DNA of 63,792 nucleotides, the filler included, from Octopus bimaculoides (Eukaryota): assembly GCF_001194135.2 (NCBI RefSeq). It is 6 parts of 6 records of this genome, joined end to end, with 100 filler letters (N's around TTAATTAATTAA, not from the genome) between each part and the next. Parts side by side here need not be neighbours in the genome. Positions count along the whole stretch, not along the records: positions 1 to 24,817 come from NC_068993.1; positions 24,918 to 35,364 come from NC_069005.1; 4 more parts are not named here. The stretch is one strand, 5' to 3'. A model generated the notes under the pieces. It was given only the letters and a program-made list of their open reading frames with translations. It ran no database searches and was not told the DNA's origin. A program made the position numbers and the translations under genes. Below, piece by piece: positions 13,307 through 26,013 of the stretch (positions are counted from its first letter, which is position 1; each line of letters begins with the position of its first letter).

Positions 13307-14609
13307 GTGAGTGTTGCTTTACTCTGTTTTCCAATTTTACTTATTGTTTTTGTACATCAGTACAGTCATTTACAATGCCGTACATATTCATCCAGCAGAA
13401 ATTCAGTTGCCATTATCATGTGTAATTTGTTTTTTTTTTATTGAAGAATTCTATTGTTGTTGCATTGCTGATTTTGATCCTGTTAAGCCCTAATCATCCC
13501 TGGTGTATGATACGAATGATAGGATCTAGCCATTATTGGCTCGGGAGCCAGATCAAAATTAATAGCACCACTTGGAATAGTCATTTACTTCATATTTTCG
13601 GGCATCATAGACAACTCAAGGTGGGAGTTGTTTGCCGAGATATATCTGGGAGTCAGTGGGTTTCCTGGTATTTCTTGGGGGAATTTGTTCACGTGCCATT
13701 TAAATGTTGCTTTTCCTTGTTTACTTATTCCTAATTTTTTCTAATGCCTTGATTTCATTTTCAATATCATGGAATGAGCCAGAACCAGTTGAAGTAAAAA
13801 TGCCGAGTTGTTATGTTATGTTGTAAACTCAGTTTTTAAAAGGAACGTCCTATGACTCTGGTGCGAAACTTGATACCGGCATGGTTTGGATGGCGTTACT
13901 GGAATATTCTGAAAGACGTGTGTGTGTGTGTGTGTGATCGATCTCTGGTGTGCATTTTTGCGATCGATTTGTAGTTGTTTCAACGTGCAGTATCGTATAA
14001 GTGAGTGTCAATTCTTGATCATATCTCTAAATCATTTACACCATATATGTTATAAATATTGGTTTATTACTAAAACACAAATAATTTTATTTTCTAAAAA
14101 AGCTGGTATATTCGAAAAACTTTTACATATTATCGACAATTTCGGAATTATTCATTGAGAGTTACAATCAATATTGCAACTAAAATGCTAAGACTATCAG
14201 TTGTAATATATTTTGTCTGCAATCTTCGGGGAAATATCGAAAGAGTTTAGCATCAAATGTACCAATAAACTGGGGAAATGAGCATGTATGCTGTTTATAC
14301 ATATCTAAGGGGTCAAACATAAGACGGCTATGAAGCCTTGTTTCTATGTTAGAAATAAACTACATAATAAATATATATTTGTATTTAGTTTTATATTCCC
14401 ATAATTCATAAATTACGCAACAATAATATATGTACCTATTATATGCTGAGGACTTTTCTTAAACGATTACATCTGTAAAATATGTTTTCATTTTCCTTCT
14501 ACACTTGGAAATGAATTTAAAGTAATTGGAGGGTGGTTTACGTACTTTTATAGACTCCTATTGAATAAAAGGCGAAGTCGACCACGGCAGAATTTAAATT
14601 CAGAAGCTA

Positions 14610-15322
14610 TAGCTCATCATGGTGAAGGTTTCCTCCCCTGCAGGTCCGAAACTCCCCGCATGAACGGCAGTGATCTGGCCTGGGATGGTCGTTATGTCAA
14701 AACAGATCTCATACACAGTGCGCGCAAAAACAGACATAAGTGGACGAAGGAAGAGTACGATACTCTTATCGCATGTCATGAAAGAGCAAAACTGGAAAGA
14801 AGTCTCGGAGTAGGCCGACGTGCCTTGAAATTTTGGATGGAAAAGGACATGTGTCCAATGTCAGAAAATAAACTAATGAACCAAGTGAGAGTGATTAGGA
14901 GGAAGGATTACTTACCTAGAGTAGAAATATCTCGGATTAGTGAGAATATGAGAGTATGAGAGACCCTGCGGATGGGATACAAAGGATGGTCGGAGTTGAA
15001 AACAGAGAGGTAGGAGTCGAAAGCAAGGAGAAGAGTAGACAGGAGGACCAGATGAAGAGAGTTCCAATCATTGTTGGGTCCCTGGGGACAGTATCAGAAA
15101 ACATCAAGAGGAATATGAAGGAAACCAGAATAGAGTACTCAATAGAGCTGTTACAAAACGTTTATCTACTTAGCCTGGTCAGAATCATCGGCAAAGTATA
15201 AAAAATTTGAAAAGAACACATAGCATGGTATCGTAGTATGCAGGTAGCAAGATCGCTACGCACGCAAGACACCAGGATGTCCAACAAAACTGAGTTAAAA
15301 TAATAACAATAATAATAATAAT
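14610..15322 (+). mobile_element. Internally deleted R4/Dong-like element: N-terminal Myb-like region joined to extreme C-terminus and 3' UTR
   Basis: RHKWTKEEYDTLIACHERA...W...SENKLMNQVRVIRRKDYLPRVEI resembles the Myb/SANT-like N-terminus of R4/Dong ORFs. It is followed by RVPIIVGSLGTVSENIKRNMKE..IELLQNVYLLSLVRIIGKV*, and the 3' UTR aligns by eye with 61820-62075. Ends in (AAT)n. Confidence 0.75.
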
Positions 15323-15500
15323 CCCTAAAGTCAGAAGGCCTGAGATTTTGAAGTTATAGAAAATCAATTACACCGAATCAATTCCTACAGTGGTATCTTA
15401 TTTTATGAAGCCCGAAAGCATGAAAAAACAAAAGTGACTTCAGCCGACTTGAGAGAAAACGTAAAGAGCCGGTAGAAATGCTGCTAAGCATTTTGTTCGA
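15322..15500 (-). mobile_element. Diverged SINE copy, tail-to-tail with the R4/Dong-like element
   Basis: Reverse complement of the core (gcatgaaaaaacaaaagtgacttcagccgacttg) and of the type-B tail. Confidence 0.65.
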
Positions 15501-18500
15501 TGTACTAAACACTGTGCACGACTTTGAAATACTTGAAAAATTTCTCTAGAATTTCAAAAACAATAAATATCCATTTCAAAAACATTACATTTCCTTTACT
15601 TTACATTGTTTTATTGTTACGTAATATTTTATTTTTATCATTATGCAATAAAAAGATAAAAGGAATTATATTGTAATTTTTTTCATAGAGAAATTCACAC
15701 TTAAAATATCGTCTCGGAGCAATTTTTTATTTGCTTGCTTGAACTTGCGATTATCTTTTCGCCATTAATCTCAACTTACTCCTTGTCCACACTTATCTTT
15801 TTTCCTTTACAAATATCATTTATATCACTTCCTATACCTGTCTTGCTGTCTTTCCTTCTCTTGGGGGTGCATCGTCTTAACCGCTCTCTCTGGTATTTCT
15901 TCGCACACTATTAAAGCAACACATTTCTCTGCTTCCGTTTTAAGATATCTTCTCTTCTAGCATCCGATTTTCATCTTTCTTTGTCTGCTTCTTTCATCAC
16001 AACGCGTCTGTTGACTCTGTTACTTTGTACAATTCATATCGTCGTCCATCTCTCATTCTCACCTATGTTCTGCTTCTTCCTCGCTTAACCAATATTTATA
16101 CCAACCCATAGTACTCCAATATTTGTTTCTCTTCTTAATATCTTCCACTGTAATCTCTCTGACTCAAGAAAATCATCAAATTTTATACTTAACCGAACCC
16201 ACCACTCATCAGAAATTCAGAAATTACGCTGAATTCTACAACACAACAATCAGCTCCAAATGGATTTTCTGCAGCATCATGCTTCTAATATAAATACTTC
16301 TCATTCTAATCTGCCTGCCTCTCCCCTATCTCTTTCATTCTGATTATTTCTTTCTCACTCTCCACACATACACACATCACACACACACACACACATACAC
16401 ACACACACACACACACACATACATACACAAACGCACGCATGCACACACATACACACGCGCACATGTATAAAGTAAGCTAAAATGACTGACGTCTAATGGC
16501 TTATGGTATGAACATGGACAATAAACGCGAATAAAGTTTTATTAAATACCATATATAGAAGATAAATTTGTGAGTGATTGAAATTATTTTCTCTCCGAGA
16601 GATAAATAAACAAGTACCTAGTGGCAATTCTGATCAATTTCAAAAGAAGTGGAGATAGTCTCAAGAACCAAGAATTCTTCATAAACGTACCATTTAAGGA
16701 ATGGCAGTCTAATTGCCTGGAGAAAAGAAGACAATTGTGGACAGTAGGAGTCGTCCACACAGAATTTGTTCTACTTTGGCTGAGGTAAACGGAAAACTTG
16801 ATTACATATGCAATGAGCAGAAAAATTTTATAACTAAAGGTAATTTATATAATTTAAATAATAAGAAGACAAGAGAAATGATTTATCGTGGCCCGTGACT
16901 TGAATGCTCATTTTACTTTAACCTGTAAGATTAGTCGGTTGATAAACAACGTGTTTGCAGAAATTTCAAGGCGCCACTGAGCTGCAGGCAAATGACTCCA
17001 GATTCCAAACATTCTTCCTATTCTTACTCTTATTTTTCTTATACATATATTATACACATAAATTGCTGACGCAGTGTAGCTAACAAAAACTATATACACG
17101 TTCAATAGTCCATTATAACAAAGGTATACTAAGTACCATACACGATAGATTCTTGTTTTATTCATATTATTTCCCTCTTCGAATAAAAAAGTAAACGCAA
17201 AACCTTTAACTATTACACTGTGTAACAAAATTTTAATTTTTTTAATCTTTGCTTGGTAAGTGTTAATTCGTGTTTGGTTCTATCTAGAAATCCAAGGAAG
17301 TAACTACTATTCCCGTCAAACTCTGCATTTGTGGCCTGGACATCAATGCTTTGAAACTGTCCTATTTTCCATTACATTTCAGACTGATCCAGAACCGAGT
17401 TACTGAAGCAGAAAAATCGTTATAGTAAATGTTCTGCTCAACACCTCAGATTTGCCTTCAGTTGCTTGACCTTAAACATTTGAAGATGTGCCTCAGTGCC
17501 TGACAATATTGCATCACTAAACGTGAGCAGGATTAATAGGGAAGCATCATAGCCATATTTTGAGAGAGATTCTGTGGGGTTTGAATAAATGTAACCAAAG
17601 CAAAGTTTGAAAGATATATAATCCATTTTTCATATTTCCTAAGGTTAAGAAAATAAGAAATAACAGTTACTACCCAAGGACAAAAATTGTGTTAACCAGT
17701 GTTATTGACTATAGAGGTTTTGTCTATGACAAACCATGTGATGTTGGTTAACTTCCTCCTACTTTGTGTCTGTGTGTTATATAAATACCTGTATATTGTA
17801 ATTTACTTGAATATATGAAGACGTGCAAACAGACACTGGTATATAACAGGTATGTGGTATGAGTTTAGTACAGAGGCAGGGTAATGCCATAGTAGGATGG
17901 TGAGAGGGGGTGATATGGTAAGAGAAGTAAAGTTAAGTTAGGAAGAATGAACAGATAGAAGGGAGTGATACTTGAGAAGTTAACAATTAGCGATGGGGAA
18001 AGCAACAGCTAAGAATGACAGGACTGAACAATGGAGAAAAAACGATAGAAAATGTAGAAAAATGACAAAATAAAAAATTTTTAAATTTAAAAATGAAAAG
18101 ATTAAAATATGATGCCAAGCTGAGGTTGTGTGAAAGGTTTTAATATATTACATTTACAGTGAACAGTGAGGAGGCTTTGGAGAAAAATAAATTTAGATAA
18201 AATATAGTCAATGAAATATTTTCATTTATTAGTGGGTAGAGATCTGGTTAAAAGATGGTAGATAATATTAATATGTAGTAGTTTTTTAAAGAAGAGGTTA
18301 CTCAAGAAACATACTGAACTTATGGTATGCGTTTATATTCATAGTATGCTTATATTTGTAAGATAGATTGCGTGTTTTCTTTATGAGTGAGTGTTTGCGG
18401 CTTATACTCGGGGCAGGGTGCATAAGCAATAGTAAGTGCATGTGTGTTCAGAACATGTACGTATGTGATTGTGGTGTACTTTACGTGCGCGTGTATAATT

Positions 18501-18991
18501 TAAAAAAATTAAATGTGTGTAATCTAATTTGTATGGCTTTATTTATACGTGTGTGCATGTATAGAAAAAATCCAAGAACTTCTAGAGTAATAGGAATTTA
18601 AAGAAAATATAATCAAGGAGATATTAAGTTCATGTATTTTGGGGAGAGCAGCTTAAAAGCTAGAAGATAATGATTTCGTAAATATGTGGGGTGTGTTTTT
18701 AAGAAGTGGTTACTCAATAAACATAATGACCAAAGAGGACGAAAGTAAATGGTGTGTGAGACTATATGTGCTTGCGCAGGGCGGGAAACATAGAGTAGAT
18801 AAAAGCGGATATATTGAATAATCTCTGTGCGTGTAGCAGCTATCTGCGTGATTTGTGCACGTGCAGTGATTTGTGTCCGTGTTTATACACGTACAAAAAC
18901 GTGTGTCTGTGTGTTTATATATCCATATATACATATATACATACACACACAGATGCACTCACACACTTAAGTATTTATACATGCATATAGA

Positions 18992-19073
<82 letters not shown>

Positions 19074-20142
19074 NNNNNNNNNNNNNNNNNNNNNNNNNNN
19101 NNNNNNNNNNNNNNNNNNNNNNNNNNNNNNNNNNNNNNNNNNNNNNNNNNNNNNNNNNNNNNNNNNNNNNNNNNNNNNNNNNNNNNNNNNNNNNNNNNNN
19201 NNNNNNNNNNNNNNNNNNNNNNNNNNNNNNNNNNNNNNNNNNNNNNNNNNNNNNNNNNNNNNNNNNNNNNNNNNNNNNNNNTATATATATATATATATAT
19301 ATTTATTTATTTATATATGTGCGTGCGTGTGTGTGAATGTGTTTGTGTGTGTGTGTGTATACATACATACTCACACGTCTGTATTTGTGTGCATGTGACT
19401 GTGCGTGTGTTTGTCAATTCATTCACCCTTTTTGTCGTTGTTATCTAACATACCTCATATATCCAGAACCCATTTTCTTTCTCAGGACTGTTTAATTTAC
19501 GCTCTTCTGAGTAACGATCGAATAACCTAGGGTAATTATCGAGTAATGCTTGGCTAATGCTGCATAACCATGCAAGATCTAATTCTCTAAATGTCCTATT
19601 ACACTCGACCTTTGGAGACAGATGCTCATATATGCTACTGATTAAATCTCGTACTAAATACATTCTGTATTTGAACTCTGATCTTAGTTCTGACATATTA
19701 AGTATCGGTGAAAATTATCGATGCGATAAACGCGTTTAGATATTCAAGACGTTTATATAAACTTTGCTTCTATTCAAAGATTTTGCTAAACATTTTAGAC
19801 ACATGATTCTGTTTCTACACAAATCACCTTCTCTATATAATAGACCTCTACGTAAAATTATTACTTCGCTTACCTATTAAGTCTAATTGGATAAATTAGC
19901 TCATTGCATCGTCTGCAATGAATGTCTGGCTATACCTACACATATACACACTCCATTTCCCCGCACATACCCTCACCTCTCTTTCTTTCTCTCTCTCTCT
20001 CTCTCTCTCTCTCAATCTCACTCTCTGTCTTTCCTCCTTTCTCTCTATCTATCGTTTCTGTCTATCTCTTTTTCGGTCATATATTTTGAGCTCTTCGTGT
20101 AAACAATCAATCGTATGGAACCTGAAAAGGAACACACGCACG

Positions 20143-20173
<31 letters not shown>

Positions 20174-21033
20174 ATACACACACACACACACACGAATATA
20201 TATACATATATGTATGTATATATATATATAAAGACTGAGAAAAAAAGAGGAATGCATAGATAAAGGTACATACATATTTACACTTACACAGACAAATAGA
20301 CATATGTAGATATATAAATATATATATACATGTGTTTGTGTGTGTGTGTGTGTGTGTGTGCGTGTGTGTGTGTGCGTGTGCGTGTGNNNNNNNNNNNNNN
20401 NNNNNNNNNNNNNNNNNNNNNNNNNNNNNNNNNNNNNNNNNNNNNNNNNNNNNNNNNNNNNNNNNNNNNNNNNNNNNNNNNNNNNNNNGTCTGTGTGTGT
20501 AGCAGAAACGTATCACAAAGCTGTTCTGAATGAATAGGTATATGTATATGGTATATAATGCTGTACTGTTCATAATTATATATTTAGTTTTGCTATGATA
20601 GTATGAACTGTTTATATTGTATACATTTCCGATTTTACATTTATTCATTAGGGCACTCTAATGGTGGTTTTTGTAATTAAATCCCATCAGCAAATGTGTA
20701 ACTAAAATTATGTAAACTCTTTCTCCTCTATAAAAATTTGTTTACACTTTTAAAAAAAGGTGTATTCTTTTTAACTTCGGCAGCAAAGAAGTGAAGTAAA
20801 CGATCTCTGTTGCATCAAATGAAAGACGAAACTAATCACTGCTCAGACTCCATCTGTCGAAGTTTGTTTGGTTTTCATCAGAGACTATAACTTCATAGCA
20901 TAACTAAACACCTTTATTAGACACTAGAAGCAGTAGCCAGCTTTCTTCGGGTTTGTTAATATTTAATACAGATATAATCATATAATTCAGAGTAATTTCG
21001 GTAAATCACTTCACAAACATGCTCACAATATTA

Positions 21034-21100
21034 AGACGGAGTGCTGAAAAGTTCGTGGCTGTAAGGCTATAACGAAAGGATTTGTAGGAGGCCCAACTTT
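21034..21100 (+). mobile_element. Probable mariner 5' TIR remnant
   Basis: gacggagtgctgaaaagttcgtggct resembles mariner TIRs (..GCTGAAAAGTTCC..). No partner TIR seen. Confidence 0.35.
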
Positions 21101-21983
21101 CTGAGTTCTTTGTGTGTGTGTGTGTATGAGTGTTTTTGTCTGTCTTTGCCATCCCCCACCGCTTGGTAACTGGTATTGGTGTTTTAACGTCCCCGTAACT
21201 TGGCGATTCGGCAAGAAAGACCGATTGAACTAGTACCAAGCCTTACAAATAAAAAAAAAAAATAGAGTCCACTTATTCCACTAAAATTCTTGAAAGCGGT
21301 GCTTCAGCATGGCTGAAGTCTAATGGGTGTATCAAATAAAAAATAAAAGATAAAAAATATTGAAAAGGCTCTTTCGTAAAATTTACCTCTTAGATAAGTT
21401 GTTCTACCTGTTACTTGCACTTTTTACTTAATATAATACAATTGTCGCTTATTTACGACGTAAAATTCTCGCTGGTAAGAATAAATGTTGGTCCTATCAG
21501 AGAACGCTGGTCATGTCTGCATAAGATACTGGTTCATATCTTCGACTTTTTATGACCAGAGAGTTTTTAACTCAATATTTATTTATTTATGCGTTTCAGC
21601 CAAGTGGCTGCGGTCGTGCTGGAGAACCACCATGGATATCTACACACTATTATTTATGGCTTTGTAATCTGCTTCTAGATCCTCTATTCCCACCCAAAAT
21701 TGTCATGTTCTTTCGAAGTTTATAAAGATTCTTATGATGCCTAATATATGTATGTATATATANNNNNNNNNNNNNNNNNNNNNNNNNNNNNNNNNNNNNN
21801 NNNNNNNNNNNNNNNNNNNNNNNNNNNNNNNNNNNNNNNNNNNNATATACTGAGAAGTTACCTTTAATCAGTCCTTATATGCGAGCCATGGTCGACTAGC
21901 ATTCCTGTGCCCGCTACCAAACTGGTTGCACACGAGGACTTTGAGTATTTGCTTGCCACTCATCCTGTGCATATAATAATGAC

Positions 21984-22041
<58 letters not shown>

Positions 22042-23314
22042 CATTTATGAATATTCAGATACAGACAGGCAGAGCACTAATTCACCGATTGTTCTAATCA
22101 GTTAATGATATACATAAACGTTGTTTGAAAATTGAATTCTTTAACACTTAGTGTATGTTGTAAAAATAATTACGCAAAGATCTGTATTAAACATAATAAT
22201 ATGTGTTGAATCGAAAATATATATCTATCTCAAATATTATAAGAATTCTTGCAATTGAGGATTTAAAGTAATGACTAAATGATATCGATTAAAATTCGGA
22301 GATAAAAACTGTATTAGGTTTTTGCAATTTCATATAAATTTTACTGCTTCAATTAACCGCTTAAGGCTATGTAATCGCGATGTAAAATCGTAGAAAATTT
22401 TCTACAATAACCTAATAATTTTGAGAGTCCATTTAATCCATTCGAAATAATATGTGTAATTTCTCACTTAAATCTTGCAATATAATTTTGAACGATCATT
22501 ACCATGCATATAGGGATCTTTGAAAGAGAATCGACCGTTGAACTGTGAATACCACATAAAATTTTTAAACCATATACAATTATAAAATTTAAGATGCTCA
22601 TAGCGTCTCCTGTTTAATTTTCACTCGATTTCCTCTTAAATATTCTTATGCCAATAAAAATCTAATATTAAATCAATTTTGACTCAGACTAATGTTTGTT
22701 CCTGAGACACTTAATATTATGTTGACCTCAGCACGAAAGATCTGAATTTTCGAAAAACAACTACTGCTATATAAAATAGTTGCTGGATGTAATGAAATTA
22801 CAAGTAGTAGGAAATGCTATGTTGTTGTTTATGGGTAATTTCTTCAAATTAAAATAGCTAACTAAACTCACCATATTTTTCCTACGCGAAAAGTCTTCTT
22901 TTTGTCTTATAAATATAAATATGTTCAATACCTATGTTTTGTTGTAAAATGAAAAGTTTAAATATAAAATTTATGAAAGGTCTTCGACATTTAGACTATA
23001 TGCTAGACTAAGCCATGAGATATAATTTGGTCTATTTTTAAACTGTGAAACATTATTGCAAATCTAATCACATGCTTCAACTTAAAACTATAGCAGAAAC
23101 ATTAAAATAGATAATGTAGCTCTTGACAACTCTGAAAAGACGGGCTACTTAGCCCTAGGTCAACTCAGATTAAACAGAATATATAAATCCAAAGCATTGC
23201 AGTCGAAGCCATCGAGTTTCTTTAGTGTATATGTAAATATATGAGGCAGAACACTGTGCTAATTATATATTTCCTTATTTTTCTATTTTATGTTTCTATA
23301 TTTCTCCCACACAG

Positions 23315-23569
23315 ACAACGGAAGATTTTATTGAAGAATATTTCCAGAACAACGGTACGGCACCTATCAGTCCCCACGCTACCAACACATACGATGCAAT
23401 CTGGACTATAGCCTTGACACTCAAAAGTGTTGTCGAAGAGAAAATCAACGGAAGTGATTCCGACGACCCTAAAGACGTACACCTTGAGCACTTCCAATAT
23501 GAATCTGGTTCCAATTTGAGCAAACAATTCTTAGAAACAATTGATAAATTAGAGTTTGTAGGAGTTTCG
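23315..23569 (+). CDS. GABA-B-R3: GABA-B receptor internal exon (next VFT exon), GABA-B-R3-like
   Basis: Acceptor tttctcccacacAG and donor GTAAGT at 23570; 255 nt, phase 0/0, in frame with exon 13112-13306. Translates TTEDFIEEYFQNNGTAPISPHATNTYDAIWTIALTLKSVVEEKINGSDSDDPKDVHLEHFQYESGSNLSKQFLETIDKLEFVGVS, with the hallmark YDAIW.IAL.L and F.GVS motifs. Absent from the ORF track. Confidence 0.9.
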
Positions 23570-24474
23570 GTAAGTTCACCCAGTTAACTGTAACATTTGA
23601 GAAAACAGCTTTGTTCTTCCTATCAAATTCTACAACTACATATGGTATGTGTGTGCATGTCCATGTCTTGTATGTGTTGTCCATGGATACATATGGAGAG
23701 GGATATGTATGTTTGTATGTATACACACACATACGACTGGTTTCACACTTCTTTTAATCTTTTTCAATTCTTTCCTCAGTCCGGTGAATCCGATCACCTT
23801 CTCGCCTCTACTTCTTTATATTCTTGCTCCTAGAAACTGTCATATCAATAATCTCATATCTTCTATCTTTTTTCTGCACGACCAAAATAACCGTTTTCTG
23901 TGTTCCATCACATGGCCGATTTGTATGATAAACTCCAAAGGGATTTTAACATTGTTATACTCCTTGCCTTTTTGTATTTTGTGGTCATACCGTTTGAGCA
24001 CGTGCAATTGTTGTTTCACAGAAATAGTGTTGTGTCTGGCTTGATCGTGCTTTCCACTGGACCAAAACTAGTCATCTATAATGTACAGCATGTTTTTAAA
24101 AGTTTCTATATTAAACATTTATTCTGCTCTTTGTATCTCTTTTTACATTGTACTAATCAATAACTAGCTACTTCTAGCTGGACATAAAGTTGATTTCGCA
24201 CTACACTTACTTCCAGATTAAAATCAAATTTTCCAATGTTTGCTTTCAATTAATTTTTGCTGCTGCTTACAAAGTTCCGATGATAATTGCTAAGTTTATG
24301 ACCTCGTTAACTTCTCTATTCTTGCAATTGAGGATTGCAAGTGCAAATCAGTATTCTACTTAACCTTTTCTTTGTGCTTTCATATTATTCTGAGCTTAAA
24401 TGGTTATCTGCATTGGTTACAATGCATGATTTTTTAAATCAAGGACAACAAAACATGGCCTGTTATATATTTAT

Positions 24475-24817
24475 TCCTATTATTATTATTATTATTATTA
24501 TTCAGTAGTTTTATTTTTATAACGTACTTTCACTTCACTACCGAGCGCAGCTCTGTGCGCCTTGGGTATGTGCTGTGGTTTGCTGTGGTGCTCTTATGTT
24601 TACTGTATTGAAAGTGTTTTGCGTAGAATGTGTGCAGTACCCACTAGTGCAATTTTCTGTATGTTATATATATTTGTAAGTCCTGGTGTTTTTGTTATGT
24701 ATTTGTCTGAATATTTTTTTATTATACCTAAGGCACCTACTATGATAGGAATTGTTTCTGTTTTTAGATTCCACATTCGAGTTATCTCTATTTCCAGGTC
24801 TTTGTATTTTGAAAGTT
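24475..24817 (-). mobile_element. 3' end of an RLE-type (R4/Dong-like) non-LTR retrotransposon, second family
   Basis: Uninterrupted frame LSKYKDLEIEITRMWNLKTETIPIIVGALGIIKKYSDKYITKTPGLTNIYNIQKIALVGTAHILRKTLSIQ* (stop 24600-24602), then a 3' UTR and (AAT)n tail. Cut by the spacer. Confidence 0.85.
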
Positions 24818-24917
24818 NNNNNNNNNNNNNNNNNNNNNNNNNNNNNNNNNNNNNNNNNNNNTTAATTAATTAANNNNNNNNNNNNNNNNNNNNNNNNNNN
24901 NNNNNNNNNNNNNNNNN
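24818..24917. other. Artificial scaffold spacer N44-TTAATTAATTAA-N44
   Basis: Exactly 44 N + a 12-mer with stops in all six frames + 44 N. Confidence 0.97.
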
Positions 24918-25407
24918 ATTTGTTTTGCATTTTTGTGAAGTCAAGAATTCACATATTTTTTTTTTCCCCAATTTTTGAAAAATGTCAGAGTGCAACGAAA
25001 TAATGGTAATCAATGGAGAGCCTGGTATTCTGCGAATGCAGTTTTAACACCAAACGCAGCTGCGGTTGGAGATGGAATTGATTTATCGTCAAGGAGAAAC
25101 AGGATTTCGTCTTGATGCCATGACAGCGATAACAAGTGCAACGATGCTGGCAGCAGCAGCAGCAGCAAAGATGTTGCTAACAACAACAACAGCTGCAGCA
25201 ACAGTGTGCAGCAGCAGCAGAAACAACAATAAGAGGAACTATATCAACAAGAACAAGAACAGCAAGATCAAAAACAAAAACAACAAAAAGAGCAATGCCG
25301 GTATCAATGGTAACTGTAATGGAAACTTCTGGAAAACGACAACAACAACAACAACAACAGCAGCAGCAATAACGTAAAGAACCACAACAACACCATATTT
25401 ATATGGC

Positions 25408-25622
25408 AGAACCGTTAGCATGCTGGGAAAAATGCTTGGAAGCATTTCATCCATTTTTTACATTCTGGGTTCAAATTCCACCGCGGTCAACTTTCCCTTT
25501 CATCCTTTCTGAATTGATGAATAAGTACCAGTTGAGTACTGGGGTTCATGTAATCAACTAACATCCCACCCTCACCGAAAATTCTGGGCCTTGTGCCTAT
25601 AATAGACAGGATTATTATTTAT
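25408..25622 (+). mobile_element. Diverged SINE copy, tail type B
   Basis: tggcagaaccgttagcatgctggg..gggttcaaattcc..ggccttgtgcctataatagacaggattattatt. Confidence 0.75.
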
Positions 25623-25982
25623 TACCACCGCCTTAGTGAAGGCAGAGGTACTGTTTTCAGTTGTGTTTGTTTGTCTGTGGATAAGATATCTCAAGAACCA
25701 CTGGATGGATTCAGATGAAACTTTCAGGGATGTTTGGCCTCATGAACTTGCATGAACAGATTAGAGTTTGGGATTCATCCAATACTGAACGAGGATTCTG
25801 GATTATTTTTCCTGTTTTTTTTTAACTTAATTTTTGAGAGCAGTCAGGTTCATTTTTAGTATCCTCGTTTGTGAGAGCAGTCGAGTTTATTTCAGATATT
25901 CTGATTTTTAAAATCATCTCCAGCTAATCATTGAGAGGATGTGGGTGCTGCCTTGGCAGAGGTTTGCGTTCTCTCATTGCTC

Positions 25983-26013
<31 letters not shown>

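Noticed and set aside
13460-13700. Minus-strand IIRIIHQG*LGLNRIK resembling a gypsy integrase zinc-binding motif
   Set aside because: Only a few residues match, there are many stops, and upstream spacing does not fit.
14956-14959. ATGA stop/start overlap between the two ORFs of the deleted R4-like element, suggesting translational coupling
   Set aside because: R4/Dong elements normally have a single ORF, so a frameshift mutation explains the overlap more simply.
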